A stretch of 64,000 nucleotides of DNA from Candidatus Eiseniibacteriota bacterium (GCA_963792585.1 CAWBWI010000004.1:1-64000); one strand, 5' to 3'; counted from the first letter of the stretch, positions 34,071 to 46,420 are shown. Program-made: numbers and translations. The notes: generated from the sequence alone by a model not told the origin.

Positions 34071-35402
34071 GTGAGACTCGATAGCAGCGACCCGATCCCA
34101 TCCGTCGGATCGGGTCTCCTTTCCATGCTGGCCCTGTGTTTCGCGGTCCTCACGGCCGCCCCGTCCCACGCGCAGAATCTCCCGGAGATCCCGCTGACAT
34201 TTCAGCCCCCATTCGCGGCGCGCTACGCGGGGATGGGCGGGGCCTCGTTGGCCTTCGCCGACGACCACAGCGCCTGTCTCTCCAACCCGGCCACGCTCGT
34301 GCTCGTTCGACAGATCGAGTTCGCGGCCGGGCTGTCGAAGCAGGACGGGAAGCTCGATGTCGGCTACTACGGCCACAACGAGCGAAGCGAATTCGGAAAG
34401 GCGCGTCTCACCGATCTGGGCTTCGCCTATCCGTTCCCCACCTACCGCGGGAGCTTCGTCGTCGGCTTCGCCTACGGCCGCGTGAGCTCGCTGGACTCCG
34501 ACTACTTCCGCAGCGTCCAGGACAGGGGGCCGGTCACCTCCGAACGGGAAGGGATCCTCGAGTCCGGGGGAATGGGGGCCTATGGCGCATCGCTCGCATT
34601 CCAGGCAACGCGCTCGCTGTCCCTGGGCGCCACCGGCACGATCCTGAGCGGCAGCAGTTTCCGATCGCGGACGCTTCGGTATGACGCGGGATCCGTCAGC
34701 GCGGACGACTACACGACCGAAGACGTGGACATCAAGGCGGTCACGGGCAGCCTCGGCGCGCTGGTGGACGTCGCGAAGGGGGTGCGGCTGGGCATCTCCC
34801 TCCAACTTCCGGCGAATCTGAACTTCGACGGCACCGCGCACGGCGAGTTCTTCGACGGTGACTCGGCGTTCGTCGACGACTATGCGTTCACCGACGAGAT
34901 CTCGTTGCCCTTCCGCCTCGGTGGCGGATTGGCCGTCGCTCGGTCTCATCTCGTGGTCGCCGCCGACGCGATCTACACCGACTGGACCTCCATCGAATTC
35001 AGCGGTCCGCTGGTGACCTACGATCGTCGCGAGGCATATCGGGAAACCGTGGAGCTGAGGCTCGGCGCGGAGTACCTGCTATCGGCCCCGACCCCGATCC
35101 GCCTGCGGGCGGGATATGCGCACATGCCGATCCCCTATCGGCTCCTCCTGACACAACGGGTTCCCCAGGCCGGCGAGATCTCGACAGTCTACGAGGACGC
35201 AAACATCACCAAGGATCGGCATTACTGGACCGTCGGAGCGGGGGTGCTGCTCGCGGAGTCGCTCACCCTGGACGTTGCGTACATGGACGGGGGCTACACG
35301 CGCAGCGGCAAGCGAACGGGCGCCACCGTCTATCAAGAGAAGCAGAAGGACCGGAGACTGCTCGCGTCCCTCTCGATGCGCCTGCCGTTCGATCGCGACT
35401 AG
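34071..35402 (+). CDS. FadL/OmpP1/PorV-superfamily outer-membrane beta-barrel
   Basis: ARYAGMGGASLAFADD...NPATL N-terminal motif, amphipathic strands, LRLGAEY, IRLRAGY. Confidence 0.8.
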   Translation: MRLDSSDPIPSVGSGLLSMLALCFAVLTAAPSHAQNLPEIPLTFQPPFAARYAGMGGASLAFADDHSACLSNPATLVLVRQIEFAAGLSKQDGKLDVGYYGHNERSEFGKARLTDLGFAYPFPTYRGSFVVGFAYGRVSSLDSDYFRSVQDRGPVTSEREGILESGGMGAYGASLAFQATRSLSLGATGTILSGSSFRSRTLRYDAGSVSADDYTTEDVDIKAVTGSLGALVDVAKGVRLGISLQLPANLNFDGTAHGEFFDGDSAFVDDYAFTDEISLPFRLGGGLAVARSHLVVAADAIYTDWTSIEFSGPLVTYDRREAYRETVELRLGAEYLLSAPTPIRLRAGYAHMPIPYRLLLTQRVPQAGEISTVYEDANITKDRHYWTVGAGVLLAESLTLDVAYMDGGYTRSGKRTGATVYQEKQKDRRLLASLSMRLPFDRD

Positions 35403-36281
35403 TCCGCCTGCGGGCGGACACCGTCGTCGGATTCGGGATCGCGGCCGTTCTCCTTGGGAGCGGCCGCGAATTCGATCGGAACGACCGGCGTGAACGCCTC
35501 GGCGCCCAGCGCGGCAATCTCCTCGGCTGTCCCCTCCGTGGAGATCCGATTCAGGGCGTCGCCCGCGGCGTTCTGCTCGGCCTCCTTCTTGTTGCGCCCC
35601 TGCCCGCGCCCGAGGAGATTCCCTCGGACGGAGACCTCGACCGTGAAGAGCTTCATGTGGTCGGGGCCAAGCTCGGTGACGACGCGATACCGGGGATGGG
35701 TCTTGTGCTTGGCCTGGACGTACTCCTGCAGGAGGCTCTTGTAGTTCAGGTGCGCCCGGTCCTCGAGAATCGATGTGGCGGTGTGCAGCAGCTGCTCCTG
35801 GACGAAGCGCCGCGCCACGGCGAGCCCGCGGTCGAGATAGATCGCCCCGACGACCGCCTCGAATGCGTCGGCGAGAATCGACGCCCGCTCGCGGCCGCCG
35901 GAGTCCCGTTCGCTCTCGCTGAGAGAGGATGAAGTCGCCGAGACCCATCTGCTCCGCCCGGTGGGCCAGGACGCTCTTGCTGACGAGCAGGGATTTCTTC
36001 TTCGTCAGACTCGCCCTCGCGGTCGATGGAAAGGTCCGATAGAGGTGCTCGATGACGACGAGTTCGAGAACGGCGTCGCCGAGAAACTCGAGCCGCTCGT
36101 TCGATCGAGCGGGGTCTCCGCCGTTGCAGCCGAGGAACGAGCGGTGAGTGAGCGCCTGCTCGAGGATGTCGGAATCCTGGAAACGAACTCCCGTCTTGGC
36201 CTCGAACGCGGCGACCACGTCCGCGACGCCTTTGGGACGTTCGTCCGGCTGCCGATGCCGCCGGAACCAAGGAAATCGCAT
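35399..36281 (-). CDS. rnc: Ribonuclease III (frameshifted)
   Basis: ALTHRS, NERLEFLGDAVL, dsRBD NYKSLLQE...GRNKKEAEQNAA. Confidence 0.96.
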
Positions 36282-36332
36282 CGCGACCCCTCCCACCGAC
36301 CCGCCGTGACCTTGCTGTGGTCCCTCCCCCGC

Positions 36333-37577
36333 CTAGGTTCCTCGAACTTGCGGACCACGAGGGCCACGTTGTGCCCACCGAACCCCAGGGAGTTCGAGAG
36401 GGCGACGTCGGACCGCGCGGCGGCGCGCCTGGTTCGGTACGTAATCGAGGTCACACTCGGGATCGGGATTCTCGTAGTTGATCGTCGGAGGAATGAGACC
36501 CTCCGCGATCACCAGGACACACGCGATCAACTCGACCCCCCCCGCCGCGCCGAGGAGGTGGCCCGTCATCGACTTGGTCGAGCTCACGCAGAGTTTTCCG
36601 CGCGTGGTCGCCAAAGACGGTGTGGATGGCCATCGTCTCGAACTTGTCGTTGAGACGGGGTCGACGTCCCGTGCGCGTTGATGTAGTCGACTTCGCTCGG
36701 GGCGACGCCGGCGGACTCCAGTGCCAGTTGCATCGCCCGCGCCGCGCCTTCCCCACCGGGCGATGGGGCGGTGATGTGATACGCGTCGGCCGTCGAGCCG
36801 TAGCCCACGATCTCGGCGAGGATCTTCGCGCCCCGCGCCTGCGCATGCTCCAGGGTCTCGAGCACGATGACGCCCGCCCCTTCCCCCATCACGAAACCGT
36901 CACGGTCCCGGTCGAAGGGGCGGCTGGCCCGAGCCGGGTCGTCATTGCGACTCGAAAGGGCCTTCATGTTCGTGAACCCCGCGAGGGACAGCTGCGTGAT
37001 CGGCGCCTCCGCGCCGCCGGTAAGGACCACGTCGAGTTCGCCGTCACGGACCAACCGGAACGACTCGCCGATCGCGTGCGCCCCGGATGCGCATGCCGAG
37101 ACGGTCGCGTAGTTCGAGCCTTTCGCGCCGAACTCGATCGAGACCCGACCCGAAGCCATGTCGACGATCATCATCGGCACGAAGAAGGGACTGACCCGGC
37201 CCGGCCCCCTTCTTCATGAGGACCGTGTGCTGCGCCTCGAATGTCGTGATCCCGCCGATCCCCGAACCGATGATGACGCCGAAGCGGTTCGAGTCGAGCT
37301 TCTGGTGTCGAGCCCGGAGTGCTCCACGGCTTGTTTCGCCGCCGCCATGGCGTACTGGACGAACGGGTCGTTGCGCTTGACCTCCTTCGGATCCATGTAG
37401 ACGGTCGCGTCGAAACCCTTCACCTCGGCGGCGAATTTCACGTCATGGTCGTGCGTCGAAGCGCGTGATCGCTGCTGCGCCGCTACGCCCCTCGATGAGA
37501 GACTTCCAGAAGGTCCCCAGGTCCAACCCGACAGGGGTGATGACCCCCATCCCCGTGATCACGACTCTATGAGACAT
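36333..37577 (-). CDS. fabF: 3-oxoacyl-ACP synthase II (frameshifted)
   Basis: [57 protein letters not shown]. Confidence 0.97.
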
Positions 37578-37599
37578 CCGTGGATTGCTCCAAAGGCCC

Positions 37600-37845
37600 C
37601 TAGCTCTTGGCCTCGAGGTGCTCCTTCAAATAGGGGATCGCGTCCTTGACCCGTTCCATCTTCTCCGCGGCCTCGTCGGGAATCTCGATGTCGAAGGCCT
37701 CCTCGAGCGCCATGACCAGCTCCACCGTGTCGAGGGAGTCCGCACCGAGATCGTCGATGAACGAAGCCTCCGGCGTCACCTTCTCCGGGGCTACGCTGAG
37801 CTGCTCGACGATGATGTCCCGGATCTTCTGCTCGTAGTTTTCCAT
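37600..37845 (-). CDS. acpP: Acyl carrier protein
   Basis: [18 protein letters not shown]. Confidence 0.98.
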   Translation of the reverse strand: MENYEQKIRDIIVEQLSVAPEKVTPEASFIDDLGADSLDTVELVMALEEAFDIEIPDEAAEKMERVKDAIPYLKEHLEAKS

Positions 37846-37878
37846 CGATCCTTCCTCCCGGGGCAGAACACCGCCCCA

Positions 37879-38625
37879 TCACGACATCGACATCCCGCCG
37901 TCCACGGCGAGAACCTGCCCCGTAATGTACCTGGCTTCCTCCGAAACCAGAAACGCAACCGCGTGCGCCACGTCCTCCGGGCTGCCGAATGCCCGCACCG
38001 GAATCCGTTCCAACATCGCGGTCCGGACCTCCTCGGCAAGGACCGAGGTCATCGCCGTCTCGATAAACCCGGGAGCGACGGCGTTGACCGTGATCCCTCT
38101 CTCGGCGAGCTCCTTGGCGACCGACTTGGTCAACCCGATGATACCGGCCTTGGAGGCCGCGTAGTTGGCCTGGCCCTTGTTTCCCGTCAAACCGACGACC
38201 GAGGTGATGTTCACGATCCGGCCCCAGCGCTCCTTCATCATCCCACGGGCAAAGGTCTTCGTGCAGAGGAAGGTCCCGCGCAGGTTGATCCCGAGGACCG
38301 CGTCCCAGTCCTCCGGCTGGATCCGGATGAGGAGATTGTCGCGCGTGATCCCCGCATTGTTGACGAGGATCGACACACTCCCCATCTCCGCAGCGACCCG
38401 GCGTCGCGAGGGCGTCCACCGCCCCGGGTTCGAAATGTCGCAGGCGATGTGGAGGCACCGGCGGCCCAGCTCCCGGATCGACCGGACGACCGGCCCGTCA
38501 TCGGCCCCGGTTCGATCGACCAGCACGAGGTCGCATCCGCCCTGCGCGAGGCGCATCGAGATCGCCTCGCCGATTCCGCGGCTTCCGCCGGTCACCAGAG
38601 CGATTCGGGGCGCGCCGACGGTCAT
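37879..38625 (-). CDS. fabG: 3-oxoacyl-ACP reductase
   Basis: VTGGSRGIG, LVNNAGITRD, GQANYAASKAG. Confidence 0.96.
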   Translation of the reverse strand: MTVGAPRIALVTGGSRGIGEAISMRLAQGGCDLVLVDRTGADDGPVVRSIRELGRRCLHIACDISNPGRWTPSRRRVAAEMGSVSILVNNAGITRDNLLIRIQPEDWDAVLGINLRGTFLCTKTFARGMMKERWGRIVNITSVVGLTGNKGQANYAASKAGIIGLTKSVAKELAERGITVNAVAPGFIETAMTSVLAEEVRTAMLERIPVRAFGSPEDVAHAVAFLVSEEARYITGQVLAVDGGMSMS

Positions 38626-39575
38626 GCTGCTCCTCCGGGGCGACAGCGAGGCGATGTCCTCGGGGGCTCCGATCGACGCGGTCAAGGCCGCCCGATCGAT
38701 GCTCCTGACGAGTCCGGAGAGGACCTTGCCCGGCCCCACCTCGACGAACCGCTCGAACCCGTCGGCGAGCATCGCCCGCATCGACTCCTCCCACCGCACG
38801 GGCGAGAGCAGCTGGCGCACCAGACTCCGCCGGATCGATTCCGGCTCGACGACGGGCGTCGCGGAGGCATTCGCGAAGACGGGGATCCTGGCGGCTTCGA
38901 TGGGGATCGATGCCAGCGCCTCGGAAAGGCCGCGGGCGGCCCCCTCCATGAGCGGAGAATGGAAGGCGCCGCTGACCTCGAGCGCGAATCACCCGCTTGG
39001 CCCCCGCCTCCTTGCAGCGGTCCATCGCGGCGCGGACCGCATCGATTTCTCCGGAGATCACGATCTGCCCGGGCGAGTTGAGATTGGCTGGAACGACAAT
39101 GCCGGAGACCTGCCTCGAGGACCGCCTGAATGGCCTTTGCGTCCAGTCCGAGTATGGCCGCCATCGTGCCGGGCCGCTCGCGTCCCGCCTGGAACATCAA
39201 TTCTCCGCGTCGCCGGACGAGACGCAGAGCGTCCTCGAAGCGAAGCGAACCCGCGGCGACGTAGGCCGTGTACTCGCCCAGGCTGTGCCCCGCCGCGCCC
39301 TCGGACGGAGGCCGGTCCGGGCGCGGGCCCCATTGCCCGAGTACGGCGATCGAGTGAATGAAGATCGCGGGCTGGGTGTTCTGCGTCACCCGAAGCTCCT
39401 CTTCCGGGCCCTCGAAGCAGACCTTCGAGAGCGAGAACCCGAGAACCTCGTCGGCCTCCTCGAACACCCGACGCGCTTCGGGAAAGGCGTCGATCAACGC
39501 CCGCCCCATCCCGACGAACTGCGATCCCTGTCCGGGAAAGATCAATGCGGTCTTCACGATCTCCCCTCGCGCCAT
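38622..39575 (-). CDS. fabD: Malonyl-CoA:ACP transacylase (frameshifted)
   Basis: FPGQGSQ, AGHSLGEY, SPVRWEES, EVGPGKVLSGL. Confidence 0.96.
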
Positions 39576-39578
39576 GGC

Positions 39579-40587
39579 CTACCACCGAACCAGGGCCGCG
39601 CCCCAGGTCAGACCGCCACCGAAGACGACCATCAGGACCAGGTCCCCCGCCTTCAGACGCCCCGTCCGGCGTGCCTCGTCGAGGGCGAGAGGGACCGAGG
39701 CTGCGGAGGTATTACCATACTTGTGGATGTTCGTGAATACCTTTTCCATGCGGGATATCGAGCCGCTTCGTCGTCGCCTCGATGATTCGCAGGTTCGCCT
39801 GGTGGGGCACGAGGAGGTCGACGTCGGCGGCGGTATGGCCCGCCTCCTCGAGGACCTTCAGCGAGACGTCCGCCATCCCGCGGACCCCCATCTTGAAGAC
39901 CTCGTTGCCCTTCATGTGGATGGTGTGGAGCTTGGCGCGAACCGATCTCCTCGCTCGCGGGCATCCGGCTGCCGCCGGCCGGCATCTCGATCAGCGACCC
40001 GTACGTGCCGTCGCTCCCGAGGCTGCATGCGAGGATCCGGTGGTCTCATCCCCGGGTCGAAGGACGGCCGCGCCGGCGCCGTCGGCCAGCAGGATGCAGG
40101 TCGTCCGGTCCTCCCAGTTCGTCAGGCGGGAGAGGAGTTCCGCGCCGACGACGAGGATCGTGTCGGCCTGGCCGGATGCGATCATCGCCTGCGCCATGCG
40201 CAGGGAGTATAGGAAGCCGGAACAAGCCGCGCTCAGGTCGAAGGACCAAGCCTGGGACGCGCCCAACCGTGCCTGCAGGAGGCACCCGGTGGAGGGGAAC
40301 ATCTGATCGGGCGTGACCGTGGCGACGATGATCCCGTCCAGGTCCTTGCGCGGTGAGCCCGGCGTCCTCCAGGGCACGCTCGGCTGCGGGCTACGCCAGG
40401 TCGGTCGCCGCCATCTCAGGCGGAGCGATGCGGCGCTCCTTGATCCCGGTGCGGGTGACGATCCACTCGTCCGACGTGTCGACGATCTTCTCGAGTCGGG
40501 TTGGTCAGCACGTTCTCGGGCACGATACGATCCGGTGCCGACGATCCGGACGGGTCTAACCGAGGACTTGGCGCTCGGCTTGTTCAC
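39579..40587 (-). CDS. fabH: 3-oxoacyl-ACP synthase III (frameshifted)
   Basis: [40 protein letters not shown]. Confidence 0.96.
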
Positions 40588-41620
40588 GATCGAACTCCTC
40601 TTTGATGTGGGCGTTGATACGGCTCCGGGCGGACTTCGCGGCCACCCGGATCGCGTTCTTGATCGCCAGGGCGGAAGAACGCGCCGTGGGCGATCACGCA
40701 GACTCCGTTGACGCCGAGCAGGGGCGCCCCGCCGTACTCCTCGTAATTGAACCGGGAGCGCAGGCGCTTGAAGACCGGCTTCAGGAGCATCGCGCCGACG
40801 CGGAATTTCAGGTTCTTCTCCATCTCCCGGCGGACGGTTGGACATCAGCATACCGACGACGCTCTCGGCGAACTTCAGGATCACGTTGCCGGTGAAGCCG
40901 TCGCAGACGACGACGTCGGCCGTCCCCTTCAGGACATCCCGCCCCTCGACGTTGCCGATGAAGTTGATGTGGGGCCGCGAGTCGCTGCAGGAGCTTGTAC
41001 GCTTGAACCGAGGCTTCGCGACCCCTTGGAGTGCTCTTCGCCGATGTTCAGCAGTCCGATCCGGGGTTCCGCGACGTCGAAGATGTACTGCGCGTAGACC
41101 TTCCCCATCAGGGCGAATTGATAGAGGTGGATCGGCCTTGCAGTCGGAGTTGGCGCCGACGTCGAGCAGGATCGTGTGTCCCGTCGGCGTCGGGACAGGA
41201 CGGCGATCGCGGGACGCTGACATCCCAGGGATCCGGCCCGACGGAGAGGAGCATCGAGCGTGACGACCGCGCCGGTGTTTCCCGCGCTGACGAGGGCGTC
41301 GATCTCGCCCTCCTTCAGCAGGCGCGTGGCGACCACGATGCTGGAGTCCTGCTTGCGGCGGGAGGCGAAAGCCGCCGACTCCTCCATCGAGATCCGTTCG
41401 GCCGAGTGTTGGACGCTGATCCCGAGACTCTCGGCCTCCGCCCGGTCGAGATGACGATAGATCCGCTCCTCGTCGCCGACGAGGAGGACGTCGAACTCAC
41501 CGTTCGATTCCCTGGCCGCGAGCAATGCGCCCCTGTAACTTCCACGGAGGGGGCGGAGTCGCCCCCCATGGCATCCACGCCGACGCGAGACTCTTCTCGG
41601 GCACCGGGCGTCAGGCTCAA
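40584..41620 (-). CDS. plsX: Phosphate acyltransferase PlsX (frameshifted; start approximate)
   Basis: [44 protein letters not shown]. Confidence 0.95.
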
Positions 41621-41646
41621 GATGCGATCACCACGGATGCGGCCTA

Positions 41647-41823
41647 CTACCCGAGAACCTTCTCGTTCCGGTAGTAGCCGCACTCCGGATTCGGGCAGAT
41701 CCGATGCGGACGCCGGGCCATCCCGCAGTGGGGGCACTTGTTGATCGAGGGCGCGGTCATCTTCCAGTTGGCCCGACGCTTGTCCCTCCGGGTCCTCGAG
41801 TGTCTTCTCTTCGGAAGAGCCAT
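41647..41823 (-). CDS. rpmF: 50S ribosomal protein L32 (not in the ORF track)
   Basis: Manual translation: MALPKRRHSRTRRDKRRANWKMTAPSINKCPHCGMARRPHRICPNPECGYYRNEKVLG*. Confidence 0.96.
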   Translation of the reverse strand: MALPKRRHSRTRRDKRRANWKMTAPSINKCPHCGMARRPHRICPNPECGYYRNEKVLG

Positions 41824-41830
41824 TCCATCG

Positions 41831-42422
41831 CTACTCCTTCCCGCGCGATGTGTCCGGGGCAGAGGACTCGCCCTCCTCGGCCATTCGGCTCAGCGCGTCC
41901 CAGGGACTCGGCACCCGCCGGGGCGGACAACCGCAGTCCCCCTCGTTCAAGTTCTTCCCACACCGGGGACAAAGCCCCCGGCAATCCGGATCTGCAGAGG
42001 GGATGCCAAGGCACCTCGAGAAGAACCACCTCTCGAATCTCCTCCCGCAAATCCAAGGTCCGGCCGTCATGGTACAATAGGCCGTGTCTTCTGCACGACT
42101 CTCTGCGTCCGACCGTCGGTCCCGTTCGGCCCTCTTCTCGCAGAGCACCCGCACCGAGCGCGTCGATCGGCTGCCCACGGGAGGCAACGCAACGGTCGCA
42201 AACCTGGCGAGCTGATCGCATGTACGCGCGCCTGCACCTCCACGTGCGTCCGACCCGGTAGAAAGACCCCTCCAGCGACGAGGTCCCCCTCGATCTCGCG
42301 TCCTCCGGTCCGCGATCCCGACATCCTCCGGGCTCCCCTCGATCGCGGACCTGGTTGGCCCCCTCCACCAGGGTCGGGAGCGAGATCAGAAACGGCTGCG
42401 CCGGGTGACGCATGTCGCGCAC
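41831..42422 (-). CDS. YceD/DUF177 family protein (frameshifted)
   Basis: CDRC, LDLREEIRE, C..DCRGLCPRCGKNLNEGDCGC...WDAL. Upstream of rpmF. Confidence 0.88.
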
Positions 42423-42423
42423 C

Positions 42424-42842
42424 CTACCGAAGGGACAGACCCAGCCCGAAGAACGCGATCTCGGCCGCCGCCGTCTCAGGGCGCGTCCGAGCGATGGATC
42501 GAGTTCTTCTCGAGGTCGATCCCGAAGTCCCGCCGGATCGTTCCGGGGGCCGCCTTCGGCGGGATCGGTCGCGCCCGACGATCGCCGCCAGCCGCGCGAT
42601 CGCTCCTCCCCCTCGAGCGACCGCGACGACGATCGGCCCGCTCGACATGAAGGCGACAGAGGCTGTCGAGGAACGGCTTCCCCTCGTGGACGCGGTAGAA
42701 CTCACGCGCCTCGGCCGGCGTGAGCTGCACCATCCGCATCCGCCGGACCGTGAGCCCCGCCCCCTCGACGCGGCCCAGGATCTCGCCGATCAGGTTACGC
42801 GGCCACCGCGTCGGGCTTGATCATCATGAGCGTCTGCTGCAC
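42424..42842 (-). CDS. ndk: Nucleoside diphosphate kinase (frameshifted)
   Basis: TLMMIKPDAV, FYRVHEGKPF, APGTIRRDFG, NSIH.SD. Confidence 0.94.
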
Positions 42843-42869
42843 GCCTCGATACCTCCCTGCCGCGACTTC

Positions 42870-43743
42870 CTAGAGCCCGAGCGCCTTCTTGATGAGCGGA
42901 CCGACGTCGGAGGGAATCCGCGCGACCGGGATCCCCGCCTCGCCGAGCGCCTTGATCTTCTCGGCCGCCGTCCGCTTCCGCCCGGAGATGATCGCGCCGG
43001 CGTGTCCCATCCGCTTCCCCGGAGGCGCGGTCTGCCCGGCGATGAAGCCGACGACCGGCTTCGTCATCTTCGTCGTGACGAAGCGCGCCGCTTCCTCCTC
43101 CGCCGTTCCGCCGATCTCGCCGATCATCACGACCGCCTTCGTCTCGGGATCGTCCTCGAACATCGAGAGGCAGTCGATGAAGTTCGTGCCGATGATCGGA
43201 TCGCCGCCGATCCCGATGCAGGTCGACTGGCCGATCCCGTTCGGGTGAGCTGGTAGACCATCTCGTAGGTCAGGGTCCCGCTGCGCGAGACGACGCCGAC
43301 CGGCCCCTGCTTGTGGATCTCGCCCGGCATGATGCCGACCTTGCACTTCCCCGGCGAGATCAGCCCGGGGCAGTTCGGCCCGATCAGGCGGGTGCCGAGC
43401 CGATCCAGCGTCGTGGAAGACGCCGACCATCTGAAGGGTCGGGATCCCCTCGGTGATCGCGACGACCAGGCGGATGCCCGCGTGCGCCGCCTCGAGGATC
43501 GCGTCGGGCGCCGCCGCAGGCGGGACGTAGATGACCGAGGTGTCGGCCCCGGTCTCGCGCACCGCGTCGGCGACCGTGTTGAAAACCGGAATGTCGTCGA
43601 CCCGTTCGCCCGCCTTGCCCGGCGTGACGCCGGCCACGACCTTGCGTTCCGTACGCCTTCATCGCCCGCGCGTGGAAGGCGCCGTCGCGCCCGGTGATCC
43701 CCTGGACCACGACGCGGCTCTTTTCGTCGATCAGGATGCTCAT
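42870..43743 (-). CDS. sucD: Succinyl-CoA synthetase alpha subunit (frameshifted)
   Basis: [36 protein letters not shown]. Confidence 0.97.
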
Positions 43744-44900
43744 GCTCCCCTCCTACCCCTAGCGTTCGCCAGTTCGACGGCCCGCTGCACCGCCTCGTCC
43801 ATCGTCTCCGCCGGCGTCACGCCCTGGACCGGCTTCAGGATCTCCCGCGCCTGCTCCTCGTTCGTTCCGGTCAGCCGGACGACGATCGGCAGCTTGACCT
43901 TCGTCGCCTCGAGGGCGCGCACCAGGCCGCTGGCGACGTCGTCGCAGCGGGTGATCCCGCCGAAGATGTTGAAGAGGATCACCTTCACATGCGGATCCTC
44001 CGTGATGATCCGGATCGCGGTGATCACCTTGTCCGGGCTCGAGGAGCCGCCGATGTCGAGGAAGTTGGCCGGGCTGCCGCCGAAGTGCTTGACGAGGTCC
44101 ATCGTCGCCATCGCGAGACCGGCGCCGTTGACGACGCAGCCGATCGACCCGTCGAGCTTGATGTAGGAAAGGCCGATCTCGCGCGCCGCGGCCTCGTTCG
44201 GCGTCTCCGCGGTGCGGTCGCGCATCGCCTCGAGTCTCGGGATGCAGGAAGAGGGCGTTGTCGTCGAGGTTGACCTTCGCGTCGAGCGCGATGATCTTCC
44301 CCTCCGGCGTGCGGATCAGCGGGTTGATCTCGGCGAGCGAGGAATCGACGCTCGCACGAAGCACTGCGGCAGAGCTTCACGAGGATGTCCGCGATCTGCT
44401 TCGCCACGCGCCGGCTCCGGCTCGATCGCGTAGGCGAGCTGGCGCGCCTGGAAGGCCCGCAAGCCCGTCTCGGGGTCGAAGTGGTCCTTGATGATCGCCT
44501 CGGGCTTCGTGCGGCGCGACCTCCTCGATGTCGATGCCCCCCTCGCGGGAGACCATGACGAGCGGCTTGCCGGCCGCGCGGTCGATCACCATGCCGAGGT
44601 AGTACTCGTGGGAGATGTCGGACGCCGGCGTCACGAGCACCTTGCGCACCGGCAGCCCCTTGATCTCCATGCCGAGGATCGCCTGGGCCTTCTCCTCCGC
44701 CTCCGCGGGCGTCGCGGCCAGCTTGATCCCGCCCGCCTTGCCGCGCCCGCCGGCGTGGACCTGCGCCTTGACGACGACCCGCCGCCGTAGCGCGCCGCGA
44801 TCGCCGCGACCTCGGCCGGGGTGGTCGCGACCTCACCCTCCGGCACCGGGATCCCCGCGGCGCGGAAGATCTCCTTCGCCTGATACTCGTGGATGTTCAT
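43740..44900 (-). CDS. sucC: Succinyl-CoA synthetase beta subunit (frameshifted)
   Basis: [44 protein letters not shown]. Confidence 0.97.
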
Positions 44901-44931
44901 CGTCCTCCTCTCCCTCCCCGCCTCGGCGGCG

Positions 44932-46277
44932 CTAGCGCCGCGCGAGGAACTCCCCAAGCACGTCCTGCGAGGTTCGGCCAACCGATCTCCTGCAGCTCGT
45001 AGGTGACCCGGACCGACGGCTTGTTCAGCTTGATGATCCGGCGGATGTCGATCGGCGTGCCGATCACCACGAGATCGCACGGGGTCTTGTTGATCGTCGC
45101 CTCGAGGTCGGCGACCTGCTTCTCGCCGTAGCCCATCGCCGGCAGCAGCGTCCCGATCTCCGGGTACTTCGGAACGTCTCGGCGATCTCCCCGACCAGAT
45201 ACGGGCGCGGGTCGACGATCTCCGACGGCGCCGTACTTGTGCGCGGCGACGATCCCGGCGCCGAACTTCATCCCGCCGTGGGTCAGGGTCGGACCGTCCT
45301 CGACGACGAGGACCCTGCGGCCACGGATCTTCTCCGGCTCGCCTCGACCGTGATCGGGCTGGCCGCGTCGATCACCACGGCCGCCTTCGGGTTCGATGCT
45401 CGCGCACATTTGCGCGAACCGTCGTCGATCGCGTCGAGCGAGGCCGAGTCGATCTTGTTGATCACGATCGACGTCGGCGGCGAGGAGGTTCGTGCTGGCC
45501 CGGGTGATAGCGCCGTCTCGTGCCCCGGCCGCAGCGGATCCACCACGGTGATCGCAGATCGGGCGTGTAGAAGGAGCATGTCGTTGTTGCCGCCGTCCCA
45601 GATGACGACGTCGGCTTCCTTCTCCGCCTCGCGCAGGATCTTCTCGTAGTCGACGCCCGCGATAGACGACCGTCCCGTTCACGATGTGAGGCTCGTACTC
45701 CTCCATCTCCTCGATCGTGCACTGGTGCCGCTTCAGGTCGTCGAGCGTCGCGAAGCGCTGGACCCCCTGCTTGACCAGGTCGCCGTAGGGCATCGGATGG
45801 CGGATCGCCACGACCTTCTTCCCGAGCTCGCGCAGAACCGAGCAGACCTTGCGCGTGGTCTGGCTCTTCCCGCAGCCGGTCCGGGCGCCGAGGACGGCGA
45901 TCACGGGCTTGCTGGAAGGGACCATGCGTCGCCTTCGGCCCAAGGAGGACGAAGTTCGGCCCCAAGGGCGAGGACCTGGGAGGCCATCGCCATCACGTGC
46001 TCGTGCGAGACGTCGCTGTAGGCGAAGACGCCTCGTCGACGTTGCGCTCCCGCACGAGCCGGGCCAGCTTCTCCTCGGGTACGATCGGGATCCCCTTCGG
46101 GTAGAGAGGCCCCGCCAGGGCGGCCGGATAGGTCCGATCGTCGATGCCCGGGATCTGGGTCGCGGTGAAGGCGACCACCTCGACATCCTCGCGGCCACGG
46201 TAGTAGACGTTGAAGTTGTGGAAATCGCGCCCGCCGGCGCCCAGGATGATGACGGTCTCCCGCCTTTTCGCTGCCAT
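44932..46277 (-). CDS. COG2403 P-loop protein (cyclic-2,3-diphosphoglycerate-synthetase-like / arginine synthetase-like), frameshifted
   Basis: [71 protein letters not shown]. Confidence 0.8.
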
Positions 46278-46343
46278 GCTATCCCTCCTCCGCCTCCCGG
46301 GACATCGGGACCCGTCCCGTCCTCCACCGGGCAGCAGCCTCTC

Positions 46344-46372
46344 AAGTTAGGGGGTCAGCGGCACTCTGTCAA
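46344..46372 (-). promoter_or_regulatory. sigma70-type promoter for the COG2403-sucCD-ndk operon
   Basis: TTGACA-N17-TAACTT on the minus strand. Confidence 0.65.
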
Positions 46373-46420
46373 GCCGAAAACGGGTTATTTCCCTTGAGGT
46401 TACGAAGTCGACTTATGATT

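Noticed and set aside
37879..38949. FabD-FabG fusion
   Set aside because: An ATGA-type junction exists at about 38622-38625; the in-frame join is best explained by an indel.
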